Below the pieces are notes generated by a model. It saw only the letters and a program-made list of their open reading frames with translations. It ran no database searches and was not told the origin of the DNA. This document shows, one piece after another, positions 13,250 through 27,410 of a DNA stretch of 64,000 nt. The position numbers were made by a program, and so were the translations under genes. Every line of letters starts with the position of its first letter. The stretch's first letter is position 1. The stretch is from the human T2T-CHM13v2.0 reference genome, Homo sapiens, in NCBI RefSeq assembly GCF_009914755.1, contig NC_060947.1. One strand, given 5' to 3'.

Positions 13250-13850
13250 TTTAGAGGGGAAGACTGGTATGTGTAAGGGTATGGTATAAAAATCATAACT
13301 CTTCAGAAGAAACAAAGACTTTTGAATAATTGCAATGAAATGTATGTAGGTAGGGTGGGGAAAAAGTGGGAGAAGAAGGGAATTACAGCAGAGGAGGCGA
13401 GGTAGAGGAAGGCAAAAACCAAATTACAAAGGGCATTTTGTGCAATGCTGAGGGGTTTATTTTTATAATAAAAGCTGTAGGGAAACGTTAAAGCATTGGT
13501 TTCCAAGCCTAGCTGAGCATTACAGTTACCCAGGGAGCTTTCTTAAAATGCTCACTCCCAGTCCCTCATACCCAGAGATTCTGATTTAATTTATCTTGGG
13601 TGGAGCCTGGTGATTTTCACATGTAGCTAAGGTTGCTAACGGCTGTGTTAATGGATTTTAAGTAAACTACACAATCAGATTTATATTGTGGAATGAACAC
13701 TAATCCTGGCAGTATTTAGACTGATTTTGGAATAGACTAAACTGCACTGGATTTCTTATGATATTATCATTATAATATAGGAAAGAAGATCTGAAGATCT
13801 AAAGTGAAGCCAGGTAGTAAGGATGGATAAGGAGTGGGAGTGGCATTCAT
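13250..13850 (-). mobile_element. L2 fragment, interrupted by MER5B
   Basis: Purine-rich degraded L2-like motifs ('gtagggaaacgttaaa', 'ggattttaag..caatcagatttatatt'). Confidence 0.5.
13494..13645. mobile_element. MER5B-like hAT element
   Basis: 'cccagggagctttcttaaaatg..cccagagattctgatttaatt..gggtggagcctgg'. Confidence 0.75.
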
Positions 13851-13884
13851 AGTTTTAATGCGACTGGAACACGAGAAGCAAGAT

Positions 13885-14115
13885 ATCATAGTGATTATAA
13901 ATATTGACTCGAATTCAAACTCTACTCCTGCCACTTTGTTGTTGTGTGAACTTAGACAAGTTACTTAACCACTCTAAGTCTCTTTTTGCTCATATGTGAA
14001 ATGGAAATAATAATAGCTGCACCACAGAAATTTTCAACTGTCAAACCAGGTAAGGAAGTTAATAATGGATAACAATATCAAAGATATAGCAAATATTCAA
14101 CAATGGACAGTCATT
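13885..14115 (+). mobile_element. MIR
   Basis: 'tgtgtgaacttagacaagttacttaaccactct..gtgaaatggaaataataatagc'. Confidence 0.75.
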
Positions 14116-14194
14116 ATGAAAATCTAGCTGTCTCAGTAAATGTGCTGGATGAATAAGAGGGAAAGGTGTAGCTTGGCTTCTAGAATTTATATGT

Positions 14195-14350
14195 AATCTT
14201 TTTTCTTAAAATATAAAATATATAGAGAAAATCTGTAAGTCATAAGTGACTCAATAAGTTTTCACAAATGTAATGCACCCATTTAACCAGTATCAGATCA
14301 AGAAGCCGAACATTATCTAAACTTCATACCCCTTTCAAGTCATGTCTCCT
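14195..14350 (-). mobile_element. L1MD/ME 3' end fragment
   Basis: 'ttttcacaaatgtaatgcacccatttaaccagtatcagatcaagaag..aacattatc'. Confidence 0.6.
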
Positions 14351-14559
14351 AGGGTATTTATTTGGCCCACTAAATGTTTAGAAATAGCAAGAGAAAGATT
14401 ATAAGAAGAGGTGTAGTAGAGAGGAAGATAGGTTTAATTTTGGATAAGTGGGGTCAAGAGCCTGTGGGATATTCAAATGGAAAATTCAAGAAGGTTTTGA
14501 GCAGAATAAAGGGTAAGTCATAGACACTGAACTGACAGACATTAGCATCAAAGCAGTAG

Positions 14560-14887
<328 letters not shown>

Positions 14888-15559
14888 CATAATGTTTTAA
14901 TGGTGTATGATTCAAGTGACTAGGCATAATATGTTGCTTGTCTCGTTGCTCAAAAAGTAAGAAAAATAAAAGAAAGAGACTCCACTCTTTTGCTAGGTTT
15001 AACATTGTGTTGTTGTATGTATATATGTATTTCTGTACACATCCCTATATTGGGACCATATGACCTTCCACAAAGAAACAATCTTACTTAAAATTGTTTT
15101 AAATAAATATGTAAAAAGTACTATAAAATTTTACATTATTTTGCGACAGAAATACAAGTTTTGTTACTGATTAGAGATGCAGCAACAGTTTGCTTTTCAA
15201 CTACATTAGGAACCCTATGAGCATTTTTTAGATAATTTCATAGTAATAAGTAGGAAGTACATAAGACATAGGATTCACTAACTTGGTGAGAACTTAATTG
15301 CTCACAAGAGAAAAATGCTAGACTAATCCCCTTAGCAAAGAATCTATGATTAAAAGATTCTAAAAAATAATTTGAACAATTTCCAGTTACCATAAAAAGA
15401 CATGGTTGAGAAAAATGCAACTTTTTGCTATTGATATTCAATAAATGTTTACTATATATATAAGTTGGGGCTGAGTCTTTCTTTCATTCTTTGGGTCTTA
15501 GCATAAACACCACCTCCCCCAACACCACCTGCTCTAAATTAGGTTTCACTGGCCACTCT

Positions 15560-16015
15560 CTTGTCCCCTTGTCCATGAGAGCACCCAACATAATTTGAAA
15601 GTATACATTTAATTGTTTGTTAGCCAGCTTATTGACTATCTTCTCCTTAATGGATTAGTTTGTGAAAGTTTAGACCATATTCATTTGGTTCACTGTCATA
15701 TTCCTGGCACCTAGAAGGGTTGTTGACGTATTGCAGAGATTCTCAATCTTGGTGCTACTGAGATTTTGCACAAGATGATTCTTTATTATGGTGGGTTGAC
15801 CTGAACATTATTACATGTTTAGCAACATCCCTGGTCTCTACCCACTAGACACCAGTAGCAAACATCTCTTCTTTTAGTTATGCCACTAGGAATCTCTCCG
15901 GACATGGTGAAATAACCCCTGGACGGCAAAACCACCCAGAGTTGAGAATCACTGAATAATTTAATACATAAATGAACAAATGAGTGAGTGAATGAATGAA
16001 TGAGTTAATGAATAA
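15560..16015 (+). mobile_element. L2 3' end, split by MER20
   Basis: 'gttcactgtcatattcctggcacctagaa' and terminal (tgaa)n. Confidence 0.7.
15734..15954 (-). mobile_element. MER20 hAT element, full length
   Basis: TIRs cagagattctcaa / ttgagaatcactg; 'tttagcaacatccctggtctctacccactaga'. Confidence 0.9.
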
Positions 16016-16076
16016 CTGTCTGATTGCTCAGAAAACGGAAGTAGAAGCAGGAGCAAAGCACATTCCAGTCAGATAG

Positions 16077-16489
16077 TGATATGGTTTAAATTCATGTCCC
16101 CACGAAATCTCATGTTGAATTGTAATCCCTAATGTTAGAGGTGGGGCCTGGTGGCAGGTGATTGGATCACGGTGTTTCTCATTAATGGTGTAGCACCATC
16201 CCCTTGATGCTGTTCTCGCGATAGTGGGCTCTCACGAGATCTGGTTGTTTAAAAGTGTGCAGCACCTCCCCACTTGCTGTCTCTCTTGCCCTTGCTCCCA
16301 CCGTCTGAGTCACCTCGCTCCCCGTCTGCCTTCTGCCATGATTAGAAGCTTCCTGAGGCCGCCCCAGAAGCAGAAGCTGCTATGCTTCCTGAACAGCCTG
16401 CAGAACCGTGAACCAACTAAACGTCTTTTCTTTATAAATTATCCAGTGTCAGGTATTTCTTTACAGCAATGCCAGAATGGACTAATACA
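16077..16489 (+). mobile_element. MSTA-like MaLR solo LTR inserted in an antisense L2 (about 16040-16830)
   Basis: Runs from 'tgatatggttt' to 'ggactaataca'; L2 motif 'cattccag..|gagggaacag' is split around it. Confidence 0.92.
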
Positions 16490-19162
16490 GAGGGAACAGT
16501 AAATAAGTAGACACCGAGGGACTTGAAAGCTTATTACATGCAAGAACTAAGACAGAGCTAGCTTGCCTGGAGCTACAAGAGCAAAGCTGAATTGAAATGG
16601 GCGAGGGAGGCATGGTCCAGTTATGTAGGTCAAGGTTAAAAGGTTTGGAATTTACTCTTGGTAGAATGAGAGGCGTTTTAATGAAGAGGTGAGATGATTT
16701 AATTGATCTTTCTAAAAGGTTGCTCCAAATGCTGAAATTAGGATTTATAGATGGGGTCAAGACTACATGAGAGAGAGCAGTTAGGATGCTATTTCAGTAC
16801 TCCAGGAAGGAGCTGATGGTACACAGAAGTGTCAAAGTTGAGAGGGACTGTACTAATTTGTAGGCCAAGCCAAATCAATCGGCCAAGCAAAATGGATTCT
16901 ATATAAATATTATGATCATGAACAATATATTAGAATGACATTATATGCATAAGACATAGGTTTGGTTATTTTACATACATGTAGATGAAATTAAAGAACT
17001 AATTTCCTGAAAGATTTTAAAAATCACTTAGTCTCTGTATTTGTTGAATGACTATGATATCATCCAAATTCCAGAATAAAAACATTCTATAGTGTAAATT
17101 CATGAGAAAATACCCTATTGAGTATTATTGGCCTTATAATGCAAGCTTCACTTAACTTTACAATTGTGGAATAATTTTCTCACTGTGATGTTCATTTCAT
17201 TGCGTGAAACAGGTTCAGTACATTATTCATGAAACTACTTCAAAATGCTTTGTTTTAGATTTAAAAAATATTGGTATTCACATAACTGCTTTGCCAATGT
17301 GAGGTTTCATACGAAATTCATTGTTTGATTTTCTGAAAACTTATCATATTGATTTTGTGTCAAATCTTTATGAACAAGCATTTTTATAATAAAGTTTTAT
17401 TCTTTTCTCATAATCTCCTTCCCTTCATATCTCACTATAGATTGTACTAAATATTGTATCTATCCTTCATGTACATACAGTTCTACGAGGAAATAAGAAA
17501 TTCAAGCGGTTCATTGAATTAATCACTAATAGGAGAGAATTGATCAAAATTTGCTGTAATTTTCTTCCTTCAAAATCATCAGAATTCTGGTAAAGCTTTG
17601 TATTTCATAATTTGGACTCCACATATTGGTGACAATTCAGACACTGAGAGTGGAACACAAAGGAATTGGGTAACGAGATCACTAAGGGAATTTTTAGCCT
17701 AGTAAAGACAGTTTCTCAACATTCAAGAATAATTCAATTACATAAAAATTCATATAATAGTAATTAAATGACAAAATACTTTTGAATACTTATTAATGCA
17801 CACCCCTCAGAGACCTGAAATTTGCAAGACTATATAGCTTAATTTGAATTTGAATTTTCTTACTTATTTTAGCAAAATAAACTTAAGGTTCATAAGAACA
17901 TAGCTCTTCATTCACTTATCTTGGTCGTAAATACTGTTAAACACAAAATCAGGTGCCCACAGCTCACAAATCTACACATGACACATCTCTTTACGTTCCT
18001 CCTGACCTACCTCAGCCCAAATCCCTCTCTACCTCATAGAATTTGATATTAACTTTCTGCTAACTTTTTGAAAGGAGAATAGTTCTGTTGCTACGAGTCA
18101 CCCTTGACCCTTTGCAAGACCAAACATGCCGATAATTTAAAATGTGATGTAGGCTCTAATCAATAATTAAGTGTTGTTCTATTAACTTATGATATATCAC
18201 ATACTTTATTTGATTCAGTGACATTAATATCATCATCAAACGGTATTATAATTTCTCATATTTTAATCTCCTGTTCTACCATGCAGCAGAGCACAGCTGC
18301 ATATTATATTTTCCATGGGAAATATCAGCCATCATATGGCTTGTAGTCTTCCAAATTTCTGGCCTACTTTTCAAAATCAAATGTCTACAATTTCCAAAAA
18401 ACACTGAAAATATTTTTAAAGTACATTTTGCACCAAACATTTTAACTTATGAGTAATCAACCTTTACAACATTTGAACGTAAAACGGAAGTGCTAAAAGT
18501 CTGGCAGCAAAAACAACCTTTCAGCATTTTATGAGAGATCCTGTATCGTCATATTGGTGAATTTAAAATGATTTTAAGTTCTTTCTTTCTTCTCATGAGA
18601 CTTTAGATCTAAGCAGTCTGTCTTTAGCACTAACCGGGATCACTTCAATGCAACATTTTCATGGAACACAGCATTTGCTGTCAATCAATAAGATTATAAT
18701 TACAAAATAATGATGCCTTACAGACCCATTCTAAAAATACTTTGACATCTGAATCTATGAAAGGGCTCAAATACCAAAAAGGATCTTCCAGATTCACATG
18801 AATAAAGTTCCTGAGGTAGTTGATATTTTAAAAATTCCGTGTCATGCCAATTATGTGAACCTATGCTGGTTAGATCACACCTGAAAATTTAGGATGTATT
18901 GTCATGGTATGTGAACTGACTACAAAAGGTATCAGGAGGTTGATATTTGCTACATAAGAGAAAGATGTGTTCAAGAAATCCTCACACCTTTGCATCTCAC
19001 TAGGCAAATGGGTTAATTACATCTGAAATCATATTTCGATTTGGTTGATAGTCTGATAAGTTAATTTAAGGTGACCCTGGTACCATCTAACTGTTTTGTT
19101 TTTATTCCAAATAGGATATTGGCCCTTTCTAAAAAGGATTATGTAGTCTTGTCTATATGAGC

Positions 19163-19185
19163 AAAAAAAAAAAAAAAAAAAAAAA
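19163..19185. repeat. Poly(A) tract, A23
   Basis: Read directly. Confidence 0.9.
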
Positions 19186-20436
19186 GTAACCTGAGTATAA
19201 CTATGGTACTAAGAAAGAAAATCAGTATACACAGGTAGGATTTATCTGCCATAAAGAATAGTTCACTGCTATAAGAATTTCTTACAAGAAACTCTACTGG
19301 ATAATCAACCTTCTAGTCAAACTCCAGGGAATTCAATGTAGTTTAAACTCAATACATATTAGGGAAATCACAAAATGAATCATATGTAGTCATTCTATGG
19401 ATGAGTTCACAATCTAGATAGTATTTCCGTGGGGGTAATGAGGAGTATCTCGCCACGTCAGAGGAGTGAGTATCCTTCTGCCTTCTTAAGTATAACACAT
19501 ATAGTTAACATAATATTTTCTTGAAGTAACAGTAGAGAGTCAAGCCTTGTAGGAGAACAGATATTTTCTACCAAGTCTCAGCTTAGTCTGTTACTCAGTT
19601 TTCTTGCCATAGTACTCTGCAACATGCTGAATCCACGGTTTTTGTAGAAATGCGTCCACAAAATTTATGCCATGAATGCAACAAAAAAGCAGTACACACA
19701 TCCAGTAAGAAATTGAATTCAATCAGTAGATAAGCTTGGCCAAATATTTGAAACTCAAAAACTAAATCATTAATTGTGCAAAAGTAAAGAAAAAGTGGGA
19801 AACGAAATTAATGTAAAATATTCCAAAACATTCTTACTATTTTTAACTAAGAAAGCATATTTTACTGATGTCTGCAAGCCTTTTGTTCTTCACTCTTTCA
19901 ATTCTCTAATCCTGCCATCCACCCCATATCTTTCTTTCATTTGGAATTTTGGTTTACAACACTCAGTTGTAGACTCAGGCATATAACTTGTGTTTTAGTC
20001 TTATTCCTTTGCACAAAGACAAAATACATAGACAGGACACATTGATCAGAAAACCAGAAATAATCTATTTCTAAAATTTCTAATCCCTGACATAAATGTA
20101 TCAAAATCACACAATAATTTAATAGAATGAGAATTGCACACACACACACGCGGCACAATAAAACCCAAGGTAAACCAAAGCACAACAAATGTCCTTCTGA
20201 ACAAAAAGGTTTTCCAGACAGCTGAGAGCTACTCCTTTGGATGACAGAACACCTCAACTTCTGGATGAAAGGTTTACATGAAAATGATTATGTAGGACAG
20301 CTCTCTTTCCCTTCTTATGTATGGTATGTCTAACATAATATTTTCTTGATGATTTAGGGTTAGAATTATGATGTGAAGATATGACTGTGGAAGGATTGAT
20401 CCCAGGTACATGTGGATGTTCACCCCTAGAATGCAA

Positions 20437-20752
<316 letters not shown>

Positions 20753-21829
20753 CTAGAACACACTTTCTTAGAAAGTTTCAAAATATCTTTTTACTGTTAC
20801 AGTATTTTAGGAATCTGAACACTTATTAGTAAAAGGAAATATGAACTTGCTTTCTCTCAAGTAGTATCTTTCTTTCTCCACAAAGCCATGTCTTAGAGCT
20901 CTTTCAATTATGGGTATTAAACCAGTATGACCAGAATCTCAGACAACAGACACTATCCTGTCCACACAGAGCTAATGTTTATCCCTGTCTGCAGTCTTCA
21001 TCAACAGTTTGGAAAGGAAAAGTCACCCTCGCTATTTCAATATTTTAAGCTGACACATTTTACGAATTCCTTTACACTCTAAAAGTGGTCTATATATTTA
21101 TTAGATAGGACTTCTCAAGGCATGATATAGCCTAGAATTTTCTGGAACCTCTGAATCCTTTATTGACACTGAAGGTCCATGATAGTGCCTGCAAAATGAT
21201 TGAACAATACTAAATCTTGTAAACAATTTCACATTATATTTGTAATGTACCACAGTCATTGATCTTATGAATGATGGTGAAACTGGCGGTGGGAAAGAGA
21301 GGTAAACACAAAAATGTGTATCCTAACACTAAACCAGTTTCAAAAGGCTGTGCTCCCAAGTTATCCTAGCCATAACATGTTCTGATTTCTTACTTTCACA
21401 TTAAACTCTGTATAGTATATTGTAGAACTTAATTCATATCTGCTAAATTAAATGAGTGAATACATAAAACGGAAAACTGAGGTAAATTGTGTACTACTTA
21501 CACTAAATCAAAGTACAGCCTTAAAGGAATATACATTTAATAATGAGTTTTATTAAATAAAAATAATGTATTCTAAACAATTGTCTGCATTTAAAACTTG
21601 CCAATGGAACCATGAAAAAATGCCCAAACTCATTTTTCATTAATGCAATTCAAAGTAAATCCACAGCTAGAAACAATTTTATACTCAACAGAGTAGCCAA
21701 AAGTTAAGTTTGACATTGTCAAGTGTTAGAATTTGGGAGCAAGCAGAATTTTTAAGTTCGTGAGAATTTAAATTGGTGTAACCAATTTTAAAAATAATTT
21801 GGCATAATCTTGGAAACTTAGAAATACAT

Positions 21830-22444
21830 CATGTCAGTCAGAATCTAAGCAGACACGAAAAGTCATTTGATATTTAAATCAGAAAGCTTAAATTATAGAA
21901 TTGAAACAAATGAGAGAAGAACAGAGTTGACAAGCTGTGGAGGACAAAGTGACTCAGAGTTTAGCAACCACAGGAAGCCACTATTACCCTTAAAGTACAG
22001 GGAGAGGAAGGGAGAGGAGAGAAGAAGAGTGGGAGAGAAGGGGAGAGAGAGAGAGAGAAAGAGAGAGAGAGAAGGAGGAGGATGGGGAGGAGGAAGAGGA
22101 GAAGGAATGGGGAGGAGGAGGAAAGAAGAAGGCAGGGTGCATGAATTCAGTGAATGAGGTTATGAGATCATTCATTGGAAGCTGCAGCTATAGTGGGCCT
22201 ATCTGGTTGGAGGGGGGACATCAAAGCATATGCAGCTGTTGCCAAAGATACTGCCTGAAACACAAAGAGAGGAAGAGAAGCACTCTTGTGTCTTCCCTGA
22301 GTTTCCAATCCTTCACCATCAGCCAAAGAGAGCTGGAAGTCACCTGGAAATGGAAGCCTGGCACACACAGTCTACAAAGGTCAGTCTCCCAGTGGTACAC
22401 AGTAGAGCAGTGTAAAGGAGCCAAAGAGTATACCAGAGGGCACA
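21830..22444 (-). mobile_element. Old ERVL-class solo LTR (LTR33-like group) with internal GA-rich expansion
   Basis: Starts 'tgtcagtcag' and ends 'gaggggcaca'; candidate TSD TACAT on both sides; the L1 resumes after it. Confidence 0.55.
22000..22136. repeat. Polypurine (GA-rich) tract
   Basis: About 135 nt almost entirely A/G. Confidence 0.95.
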
Positions 22445-23617
22445 TACATGGGCCCTGTGACCCAGCAATCCCACTCCTACATGTATACAAGGAACCTTGT
22501 TTGTAATAGGAAAAGAATTAAAACTGGAAACGACCCTAGTATCCATCAACAGTAGTATGCATAAATAAATTGTGGGTTATTTCTATGACGGAATATGACA
22601 TAATGCTGCAGTCACAGACATGGATGAATCTTAGCAACATAATGCTGATTGAAAGAAACAGTCACAGAAGAATAAATGCAATATGATTCCAACTATACGA
22701 AGTTCAAAAGCATGCAGAGCAAGACTATTTCTCTTTTAGTAATACATATATATGTAGCAAGACTATAAAACAAAGCAAATTTCACGACCACCGTTATCTC
22801 TGGTGGTAGTGGGGAAGCGATGGAATTGGAGATGGGTACATAGATGGCTTCAAGTTACTGTGGAAAATTCGAACTAATAAACACATTTGGTTATGATTGA
22901 AACTGTATGTCTTAAAATCTTTTGTTCTTATGTAATAAGATATTTTTAAAAGACAGATACATGTTTAACTGATTGGCAAGTTAGTATAACAACATCAACC
23001 TAAAAGAAATTAAGTTTATTTTTGTTTTTGTTTTTGTTTTTTAAATCTGAAAAGCATTTCCCTTTCAGCTTGCTGGGTTTCTTGCACTAAAAGATGAGGG
23101 TTTAATAATCATAGCAGATCAGAGGCTTCAGTAGGGAGGAGATGGGATAGCTTATTGTGAAAAACGATTTTCCCCCTAGTTTAAAAGTGGCCCCTGGTAA
23201 CATTTTTCTTGAAGCTTCTAGTTATATATATCGTTGTCAGTCACTTTGCAACTTTGAAGAAACAGTTTTCCTGCCGAAGGGCTCTATTATAGTTAATAAG
23301 TGTCTACATAATACAAAAAGTCATTTAAAAATTATTGCTTTAAGAACTATTTATTGAGTGCCTCCTAAGTACATAACATCAAACTGTGAATTTAAAGTGG
23401 ACTTGCATAATTTAATCAAAATTTATACTAAGGAAAACAGGCTATAGGGCTTTTCGATACTACAATACCTGAAAAATGAAATACTACAGTTATAATCCAC
23501 ATGATACCAGGTATGAAACATTCAGTAGCAGTGGGCTAGAGCTACAGGTTACCTTCTTGAGACACGTTGTCAAAGAAGACCATAGCACTAGGTAATTGGG
23601 AAATCCAGTTGGAACTG

Positions 23618-24097
23618 TGTAGCAGACACTGCCCACTCTGTTGGTTTACCTCTGGCTTGATCAGCCCTGTAATGGAGAGTCTCGGGCATGCTAACAGCCC
23701 ACCAGGTCAAGCACCCACTGCTTCTCTGTGTTTCAGCCTCACGACTTTGTCCAAAGTTATAGAAACTCACTCATCCAACACACAGGAGGGGACCTGATGT
23801 CCCTGAGAAATAATTAATGAGGCACAGGAACCAGAGACATATTCCCCAGCCTCTTATTCTTCAGAGGGACAATTATGAGTACATTCTACAGCATTCCTCA
23901 GAGGGGTCTTCACAGGATTGAACAACAGTTTCCCACTGCAGTAGCCAGCTGAATAATACACTCACTATTGTTTTCCCCCGTTTTTCCTTACTTCCCCTGC
24001 CTCCCACTTGTGCTCCCTGTGATCAGCTACCAAATGAGCTAGTTGCTCTCTAGTCCTCGCCTCAGGCTTAGCTTTTAAAGAAATCCAAACTAAGACA
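23618..24097 (+). mobile_element. LTR16-family ERVL solo LTR
   Basis: Starts 'tgtagcagacact' and ends 'ctcaggcttagctttt..ccaaactaagaca'; perfect TSD AACTG. Confidence 0.85.
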
Positions 24098-24844
24098 AAC
24101 TGTGACAAATTACAATCCAAACGAGATTCTTTCCTCTCAGGGGGATGCTTAGTCCCCCCATCAAGCATCATTATCAAAATGAACACAGACTGCAGAGGAA
24201 GAAAATATTTGCCTTCACTGAGCAAAGTCAGACTCATGACCCTCAGGTTAGAGACACAGAGAAATGCAACTAACTCTGGGGTGAATAGGTACAGATTCAG
24301 AGTGGAAAGACTTTAAAACAGCAATAAAGTCCTAGAAATAAAAAAAGCTGTCAGCTCGGTACAGACCAGAGCTTGAGAGCAAGAGTACTAAGCGACTCAT
24401 AGAAAAGGATTCAGGAGGGACCAGCACAGCGACTTTAGGCTCATAGTAACAAGCAACAGTTTGCTTTGGCTAAAGTTTATTACTAGGTGTGGACAAGCAA
24501 GAGATAAATATCGGAATCTGTGGGTACAGCCTTTGGATTTCATGCCATGGCAAGGTAAAATCCATCTGCAACATCAAAAACAGAGAGGCATTTGCAAAAG
24601 GAAACATGAGGAGAATGTTCCTAGCAGCACTGCCCAAAATAACACAATAAACGAAAAATCTTCGAGCAGCCCAAATGCCCTCTGGCAGGAAAATGGACAG
24701 TTAACCTGATTACATAGTAGTCAAAGAAACGACTGCTACACAAAACAATCAAGATAAATTCTAGGGATGGGATGATGCATGAGGAAAATATGAGTCCCAA
24801 ATATCTTTTTAATAACATTTAAATATAAAAACAAACTAAAACAT

Positions 24845-25069
24845 TTTGTGTCATACAGTAAATATTTTTAATGTTCTCACGTATGTTCACAATAGCCCTA
24901 TGACATATTTACTATTATTGTCCCCATTTTTTTTTTGGATGAGAAAACTGAGGCTCAGAGAACTTCAGTAACATTCCCAAGGTCAGATATCCAGTAATTA
25001 GTGTAGACAGAATTCAAATCCAGGTGGAAATGCTCTGAAACCCACAGTCTTACCTGCTACACTAAACTG
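24845..25069 (-). mobile_element. MIR
   Basis: 'ccccatttt..gatgagaaaactgaggctcagaga..cccaaggtca..gaattcaaatccagg'. Confidence 0.88.
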
Positions 25070-25249
25070 GAACAAATATTGTTGAAACATATGTATCTGA
25101 TAAAACATTTAAAAATATTACAGGATTATAAATTCAGGCAATGTTTACTATCCCAAAGTTGGGGGGACATGGGAAGATGGCATGAGGAAGCTGTGCTTTA
25201 TGTCATTGCCAACTTTCTAGTCCTTCAGTTGGTGGTTAAGTGGAGATAA

Positions 25250-25425
25250 GGATGAGGCCAGAGAACATGAGTGGCACGAATGCAAGATTACATCTTGTAT
25301 TCTCTTAAAATTTTAATATTTTGCTCATATGAATTATTTTGCATTGATTTTAATTGTTAAAATGAGGTAAAATATAATTTATCCTGATTTCTGAATTTTT
25401 AGGCGACCGCTTACATTTTGTGATT
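25250..25425. mobile_element. MER91B-like hAT-Tip100 fossil
   Basis: 'aaattttaatattttgctcat..ttttgcattgatttt..tttatcctgatttctgaatttttaggcgaccgcttacattttg'. Confidence 0.6.
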
Positions 25426-25644
25426 CAGACATAGCCATCTTTTCTGGGAGAGGAAGGGGAGGAGGTACACACAGGATTTGTCTTGAATGTAGGTTTCCCT
25501 ATTTTCAGAGATTGTATATTTGCTTCCTGTGGCTTGGTGTGAGGTCTGATGAATGTTAAGCGAAGGCTAAATCACCCCCTCTCTCCTTAGTACCACCACT
25601 GAAGTCACTTCTTTCTGGCCTTAAGTTCAAAAGGGGAAACTGAA

Positions 25645-25870
25645 TGATGAGTATTGAGCATCTACACTGTGTCATGGCATTAGTAATTGTTCCTCACTTG
25701 ACTCCCTCAGTAGCTACATAAAGTAAGTCTTCTTATTCTCATTTCATGGAGTAAGTATTCTTATTCCCATTATGTGGAAGAATAATACTTAAAGTATTCT
25801 TATTCATGTATTAAAAACTGAGGCTCAGAAATACTAAGAACATTGTCTAAGGGCAAATATTTCAAGTGCC
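25645..25870 (-). mobile_element. MIR with internal duplication
   Basis: 'tattgagcatctacactgtgtca' and 'aaactgaggctcaga'. Confidence 0.7.
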
Positions 25871-26825
25871 ATAAATTCTTAAACTTCATGGGTATTTTGT
25901 ATGATTTTTCTTTTCAACCTCTTTTGACTGGGCTATTCTGGGAGGTGGTCACAGCTATTAGGGCCAAATGAATTAAAATATATGAAAATGATTGATGAAC
26001 TGTAAGGCATCATATCAACATAAATATAGTATAATTAATAATGTCAATAATAAAATCATTTACTTCTACTTCTAGTATTCAGAAGAGAGGTAAAGGTATA
26101 TTTTGCCTATTTTAGAGTACCATATGAAATGAAATAAAATATTATTATGAAGAAAAATTTACTCTTTTCACATTGGGAAACTATCCATCAGAGTCAACAA
26201 TCATTGTCCTCCTTCTCTCCAAAATAGAACATGCTGAGATTTATGCTATATTTTTGAACTATTTCTATTAACACAATTAAAATGCTGAAATGAATTTGAA
26301 AAGATGTTTATATTCTGACGAAGGGTAACTAGAAATATTTTCTACTCTAAATTGAGTCAGGTGTGATACTGTAAACAGGATAAGTAAAAATATAATATAA
26401 AATTTCAAAATTTACTACTTGATTCCAATGTCCAGAAAAGAATGAAAATATAAATCATATAAAACTCTAGCCAATTTAAGCAACTGTAATCCCTTTAGAC
26501 ATCATTAAATTTACTTTACCTCTGACAGTAGGTGATACCATAAATGAGTAAGAACATATTTTAAATGTCAATATATTGTCTCTCTGGATAATATATTTGA
26601 TGGTTTTATATACCTTACTAAAACCCATAGAAACTTTTTAAAGATGTGATATTAGTGTTGATGTCTATTGAAGATATAATTGGCTAAAGTTTAAAAAAGA
26701 GTAAAATATTTTTTTCCAAGCACAGCCCAGTAATATTGGACATGTGATCCTTGTTTTTTACTGTTGTCATAAGCATATAGAAAGACAATTTAGCAAGTGT
26801 TCTGATGAGGTTTAAAGAGCATTTT

Positions 26826-27410
26826 TTCTAGTATATGGTAGTATAATAAACAATAATTCATTGTATATTTCAAAATAGCTAGAAGAGAATAATTATAATG
26901 ATCCCATCACAAAGAAAGGAAGGATTGAGATGATGGATATCCCAATTACTCTGATTTGATCATTTATACAGTATATACATGATTAAAATATTACATGTGA
27001 TATACTTTGGCTCTGTGTCCCCACCCAAATCTAATGCCAAATAGTAATCTCCTTGTGTCAGGGGAGGGACCTGGTGGGAGATGACTGGATCATGGGAGCA
27101 GATTTCCCTCAGACTTTTCTTGTGATAGTGAGTGAGTTCTCACGAGATCTGATGGTTTAAAAGTGTGGCACTTCCCCCCCCCCCACATCCCCCAGCTCCT
27201 GCCACCATGTAAGATGTGCCTTGCCTCCCCTTCACCTTCTGCCAAGATTGTCAGCGTCCTGAGGCCTCCCCAGTCATGTGGAACTTTGAGTCAATTAAAC
27301 CTCTTTTCTTTATAAATCACCCAGTCTCAGGTAGTTCTTTATAGCTGTGTAAAAATGAACTAATACAACATGTAACACGAAAATATGTACAACTATGATA
27401 TATCAAAAGC
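26826..27410 (+). mobile_element. L1MA 3' end, split by THE1D
   Basis: 'ttgtatatttcaaaatagctagaagaga..gatggatatcccaattactctgatttgatcatt'; resumes after the LTR as 'aaaatatgtacaactatgatatatcaa'. Confidence 0.85.
26998..27367 (+). mobile_element. THE1D-like MaLR solo LTR
   Basis: Runs from 'tgatatactttggctctgtgtccccacccaaatct' to 'gaactaataca'; perfect TSD ACATG. Confidence 0.92.

Larger units (their letters stand above)
21595..22950 (+). mobile_element. L1ME-type ORF2 end and 3' UTR, split by an LTR
   Basis: 'tgacccagcaatcccactcct', 'atccatcaacagtag', 'catggatgaatcttagcaacataatgctga'. Confidence 0.75.

Noticed and set aside
21867-22549. Cluster of overlapping ORFs up to 121 aa
   Set aside because: They arise from the polypurine tract and LTR sequence; no recognisable protein
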